Shown: positions 58,880 through 64,000 of the stretch, in pieces
Layout of the letters: each line of letters begins with the position of its first letter
Position numbering within the stretch: the stretch's first letter is position 1
Source: Octopus sinensis
Lineage: Eukaryota
Assembly (NCBI RefSeq): GCF_006345805.1
Contig: NC_042998.1
Coordinates: forward strand, 159,216,001 to 159,280,000
Direction: 5' to 3'
Length of the DNA stretch: 64,000 nt
Notes under the pieces: model-generated
The model's database searches: none
What the model was told of the DNA's origin: nothing
Seen by the model: the letters and a program-made list of their open reading frames with translations, nothing else
Made by a program: the position numbers and the translations under genes

Positions 58880-59520
58880 CTCCCTTTGCTTTAACCTCTT
58901 CAATCTTTCTCCCTCCCCCTCCTCCTCTCTCTTCGCCGCGCGTCCCCCTCCTCCTTCCCTCTTCCTTGCCTATAAAACAAAATTCCTTTACACGTGGTTA
59001 CCACTATTGAAAAGACTGCCTCCACGCGCTGCTACTACACTTTCGTCCTTGCCAGCAAAAAGGCTTCTTCGTTCGTCCCCTTGTGTGGTTAATTTCCTGT
59101 ATAGTATTCTTGTTATTTTCTCGTTTTGTAACTAATTGTACTTTTTCTACATGTATTTTTATTTTTGCAGTTTTATTGTTTGTCTATGCCAGAAAAAAGG
59201 CTTTTTCGTTCGTCCTCTTGTGTTTGTTTTTGTACATGTATTTTAATTTTGCAGTCTTATTGTTACGTCTTGTTTGTGTTCGTACTCATTGTGCCCCGCT
59301 GCTTGAAATTTTATTTAATTCTCTCGCAGGAAGGCCTATTGGATTAGTGTTCTGTTATGCCTTCGAAACATGCCTGACTCCTCTAGCGACAGCTGATGAC
59401 GGGGTTTTGTCCTTGTGTAACCTGTCCTGTATTTGGTTTCGTTTTCCGTTTTCTTGTTTTTTGTTTTTTGGCTTTTTCTGTTTCTACGTCTTATTGTGAT
59501 GTCCTGTACTTCCGTATAAT
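58880..59520 (+). mobile_element. non-coding repeat with architecture similar to the 768-bp unit, head-to-head with it
   Basis: Pyrimidine-rich start, TATAAA, CACGTG, an internal ~100-bp duplication (GCCAG.AAAAAGGCTT.TTCGTTCGTCC twice), and GAAA-N24-CTGATGA-CGGGG. Confidence 0.5.
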
Positions 59521-60370
59521 TATTTATATATGCATGTATATATACATGTAGATGTAGGTACGTACATATATGTTTGTATGTATGCATATATTTTTATTTA
59601 TCTCCTATATATATATATATATATATAAGTATTTACTTTAACACTTCTTAAATATTTAAATGTAACATATTAATTATTTAATAGTCACCTCGCTTTATAC
59701 CTTAACTAGAATTATTTTTGATATCACGAGTGCCCTTATCCCTTAAGTAATTTTATATATATTGATATAAGCTCTCCTTCCTTTAGAAACAAAACATTGA
59801 GATGGTTGTCATATGTGCTAAAAATAGCAGTGAAGTAGGACTACGCCTTAAATCACGCTCCACCACAGTTTCTCTCATTTTTTTTTACATAATCCTATAA
59901 AGTCCTGCGTGTAGAATACAAATTTTCGAGAATTTTCTGAAAACTAAAAAAAAAAAAGTTATGAGGGGTTATATATCGTGCGTAATTCTATAATTTCATA
60001 TCAAAACACAAGTGCTATTTTCAGGATGTTGACAAAATGTGCAGCCACGCACAAAATGACAGCTTTGAAACGTGTTTCTTGACTGGGTGAAAATGATCAA
60101 ATGACTATAATAATCTCTGTAACTTTTTAAATACATTTTTCTAGAAATAGTTGAATAACTCCAGCAATTTAGCTTGGAAAGGTATACTAATGTGCCAAAT
60201 GTAAAAAATTTCGATAAACTTTAATTTTTGAAATGTTGGCAGTCAAAAGAAATCGATCCTTATTTGCTCCAGTAAAGTATCACCTGACTCTGCTCTATCG
60301 ACTTCTTCTCTTTGGGAATACCATACTACTTTTCTGACGCCGTTCGTAGAAATTCATTTTCACTTTACTG

Positions 60371-62528
60371 ATGCCTCCAGTCAAGAAAATTTGTCGTCAA
60401 TACAATAGTGACTATTTATTGTTTGGATTTATTCCCTCTCCTCAGAACTGTCAGTTACCAATGAGCCTTTTTGTCATCAAACATTGACCAACGAAGCAAC
60501 GAAACCTTCACGCTTGAAGTATCACTTTGATGCAAGGTATTCTTACAAGACGCACAAGCCGTTGTCATACGTTTTGCAACTGAGCATCTCTTTCAAAAAG
60601 CAAACACATTCAACATGTTACTCCAGAAAACTAGTAAACAGGAGAATGACGGGATTGATTGCTTCGTACAACATTGCATTGCTTGTTGCTAAGTCTGGGA
60701 AGTCTCACACAATTGGAGAAACATTACTTCGCCCGGTTATCGAAGAGGTTTTCTCAACTGTTATGCACGAAAAATTCGATAACGTTATGAAGATCCCACT
60801 TAGTAATAACACGATTTATCTACGCATCGATAACATGGTCAACGATGTCAAACATCCGCACGTTAATATTCTCCAGCGTTCTGAATTTTCTATACAAGTG
60901 GATGAGTCAGCTGTTGTAGATAATCAATGTTTTATGATGGTATTTGTTCGGTATTTCAGCGAAGACCTTCAACTTTGTAAGGAAATGCTGTTCACTGAGA
61001 AATTTCCGCTTGATTCAAAAGGTGAAACTATTTTTAACATTCTCAAATCTTTCCCTTTTGAACGTAATACTCCACTCTTGATATTCTTGCCTGTACGTCT
61101 GATGGAGCCCCTTCGATGATAGAAAGATACAGAAGTTTTTCATCTCTCCTAAAACATACCGGCTACATTTAGTAGCAAAAGAAATGACCGGTAGATTGAA
61201 TGATGCGCTATAGTTAGTTATCAAGACTGCGAAGAAATTGAAGTCCAGTTCCTTGTCTGATCGAATTTTCCATCAACTCTGTCTGAGAAATGATGAGGAC
61301 TATATTAAACTCTTATGCCATACCGAAGTGCAGTGGCTGTCAAAAGGAAATTGTGCTTTACGCTTAGTTGAACTGTTTCATATAATCATATCTTTCTTTG
61401 AAGATACTCCAATATCCACTTCATTGATGGTTGCAAGGTCCGATATCTTTTTTCTTTGTGATATAGTCACGAAACTAAATTATCTGAATAAGTTATTGCA
61501 AGGAAGCAGAAAAACTCTCGTTGATTGTACATCATTTATCACTAACTTCATTTCGAAATAGGTGCTCTATAAGACTAACATTTTAAAACGTCAATTCCCT
61601 CAATTTCCTCACCTTGACTCTTTGAAAGATGAATTGGTTGATGAGGATTTAACTACATCTTGCAACTATTTACAATCATTGCACGATGGCATGGTGGAGC
61701 AATTTCAAGATGTTATTGCGCTGAATATACCAAAGTGGTACAGCAATCCATTTGAGGTCGATGCAGTTGATTGCGAGGACGATGTTCAGGCGGAATTGAT
61801 AGAATTACAAAATGGACAATGACACCACAATGCGATATCGCCGTAATGGCAAGGAAGGTTTGTGGTACCATCAAAGTATATTGAATTCCTACCCCAATCT
61901 GTGGAAACGTCTGAAATTACTTTTGCTTGCCTTCCCTACCTCGTACCTGGTTGAATCTAGTTTTAGCCATGCTGGATCTTTACTTTCCCATAAAAGAATT
62001 GGACTGGATGTGACACGAGGAGACTTGCGGCTAAAGTTGACAAGTTTGAAATCGAATGTATCTGCACTGGCTGCATCGCACCATACACATGGTTCTCATT
62101 AAAATGTTTTATTCTTTTCCTTTATAATACAATCAATAATTATTTTTGTATCAGTAGTTCTGACCAATAGTTCATTTGGGGAAAATGAAAATCAGTGTAA
62201 AAGAAAGCGCAAGTTTCCATAAGTTAATATGTCTGCATAATATGGAGTTAACGTGAGAATTTTATTCACGCTAATGGCAAAACTAAACCTACAATAAGGG
62301 ATTTGTAAACAACCGCATAATTAGTTCTAAGAGCACTAATCGGGCAACGAGCTTACGATATAGTGTGTGTGTCAAATGATACAAAGCAGGGGGAGGGGGT
62401 TCTCCTAGGGGATTTAGAGTTACGGAGGGTTATGTCTGGGGGTTTTTTTAACAAGAGGGCGATGGAGCATTTTTTGACCGATAGGTAGGCGATATTGTAA
62501 TTTGGCGCAAAAAGTTTAGAAAACACTG
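60371..62528 (+). mobile_element. hAT (Buster/Charlie, ZBED8-like) DNA transposon with a frameshifted transposase
   Basis: BED-finger region RQYNSDYLLFGF..KPSRLKYH, HTIGETL, LSNNTI, SIQVDES (D), SDGAP (D), HTEVQWLSKG, FPTSYLVESSFS (E), stop at 62102. A 3' TIR-like AAAGTTTAGAAAACACTG ends at 62528; no 5' TIR was found. Confidence 0.9.
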
Positions 62529-62546
62529 ATAATCTATGCTAAGTTA

Positions 62547-63986
62547 TCTAATATATAAATCCTGTTCTGTCTGTCTGTTTTTTTGTGAGCTTATAACTCG
62601 AGTATTGTTCGTCCAATCACGCTGAAATTTTAAATGAATACATGAGAGAGCGGGGCGTTCCGTAATCTAAAAAGATTTTCAAAATTGTCGGTTCCAAAGT
62701 AAGAATCGCTATTTTTGTAATCTTTTTGTCCTGTTTCTTCCACCAATCCTGTTCATTAACCGACATTCTAAACAGTTCATTTCTATGTTTTCACATTTGA
62801 ATGACAGATATATGTAAATAAAGCTTGCTATTTGTAAATACGGTATCATTTTGATTTAAACATTAGACCACGAATAACTATATTCATTTCTGTGTTTTCA
62901 CACGTTTGTAAGCGGCTAAAAAAATCGATATCGCTATAACTTTAATTAACTGTAATCAACCATGTGCATTCGCGGTCAAATGTATCCTTACGGCTGTTTT
63001 TCGCGCAATAAACCAGCTGACATGAAAAGCTACTAGGAAAACGTAGTTACTTTAAGTGAGCAAAAAAAGTGGAAATAAAGCAAATGAAAAACTGGTGATT
63101 ACCCAATTTTCTTAAGATATTCTAAACAAAATTCAACTGAAAGTAGAAAAGACTAATTGATTACTTATAAAACGTGAAAAATTTGGTGGGTTACATCTAA
63201 AACCTTGCCTAACGTTTCTCATCCAACTTTTAAAAAATACGCGGTATTGTTCAATTTTTTAAATAAAACTGATTTGCAAAAACATGCCTTATGTTATTTT
63301 ATTGTACATTGTGTTATTTCACACCCGAGTTTCAGCTCTTTTTGTGTCAGTTTTTGAGAGAAGAGAGACTTCGTTAAGCATTTTTGATGTTTGTCTGTCC
63401 ATCGGGGGATTAAAACTTCCATTTTTATTTTTATTCGAAATTAATTTTCCTTATACCGTAGTTCTTACCACTACGCCTGTGAAAATCGAAATAAAATACG
63501 TAAAGCAACAGTCGACAAATGCAAAAACCAAAGAGCTGCTTATTGCTTAAATATCACTCGCAATATTCACTTTGGAGATAAAACAGTGTTCAGTCTGATG
63601 TATAGGTGTCAACATGAGGTATGTACTATGGAAGAGTACATTGTGCTTATCCTAATGTGAAAGTGTTTGAGTGCAAAAAGTTTAATGTTAATTATGATGT
63701 CCGATTCCACTGGAAGTTGTATATATTGTGGGCTGAACAGCTTTCCTTCATTTTATTGGCCTCATGAGAATTTTGAAAGAGTTCACTGTGTTAAGATTCA
63801 CTAACAGTCAATTTTCCTTATTTAGAAGAAACAATCAACAGTTTTAACGTCTCAGGAATCTTTAATGCCCTAACCAAAAGTGACAGCTCCATACGATCAC
63901 CAAACATCTCCACAACTTAACACCGTCCAAGTTAACTCTCTTCACCTATACAAACCGTCCAATGGACGGGGAGGGGTATTTGCTAG
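62547..63986 (+). mobile_element. probable non-autonomous Helitron (1440 bp)
   Basis: 5' A|TCTAATATATAAA..(TCTG)n; 3' hairpin CCGTCC-AAT-GGACGG (63955-63969), 13 nt, then CTAG|T. The termini sit between host A and T with no TSD. Confidence 0.6.
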
Positions 63987-64000
63987 TAACTACATGAATA

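Overview
Eukaryotic, AT-rich, repeat-saturated genomic DNA (intronic or intergenic) with no intact protein-coding gene. The repeat landscape looks like an octopus/coleoid cephalopod genome; this is an inference from pattern recognition, not a database match. The window holds at least four tRNA-headed SINE families, very dense microsatellites and decayed retrotransposons of several kinds: Penelope-like (GIY-YIG), R4/Dong (RLE-type, with (AAT)n tails), Tx1/L1, RTE and CR1. It also holds a frameshifted hAT (Buster/Charlie-like) transposase and a probable non-autonomous Helitron. Most ORFs in the supplied track are microsatellite read-throughs or transposon fragments. The most interesting signals are non-coding RNA structures inside repeats. 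(1) A ~640-nt element at 45060-45690 folds into a long, G-U-tolerant rod followed by a type I hammerhead-ribozyme fold. (2) A three-copy ~420-bp repeat carries a hammerhead-like motif with a non-canonical core. (3) Two different non-coding repeats share GAAA-N24-CTGANGA spacing. (4) There is a possible decayed HDV-like fold in an RTE-tailed non-autonomous element. (5) There is an ungapped 120-nt hairpin. R4/Dong copies are stacked in their own (AAT)n tails, and several near-identical tandem duplications could be real or assembly artefacts. One possible host exon lies at 19178-19276. All folds and alignments were done by eye.
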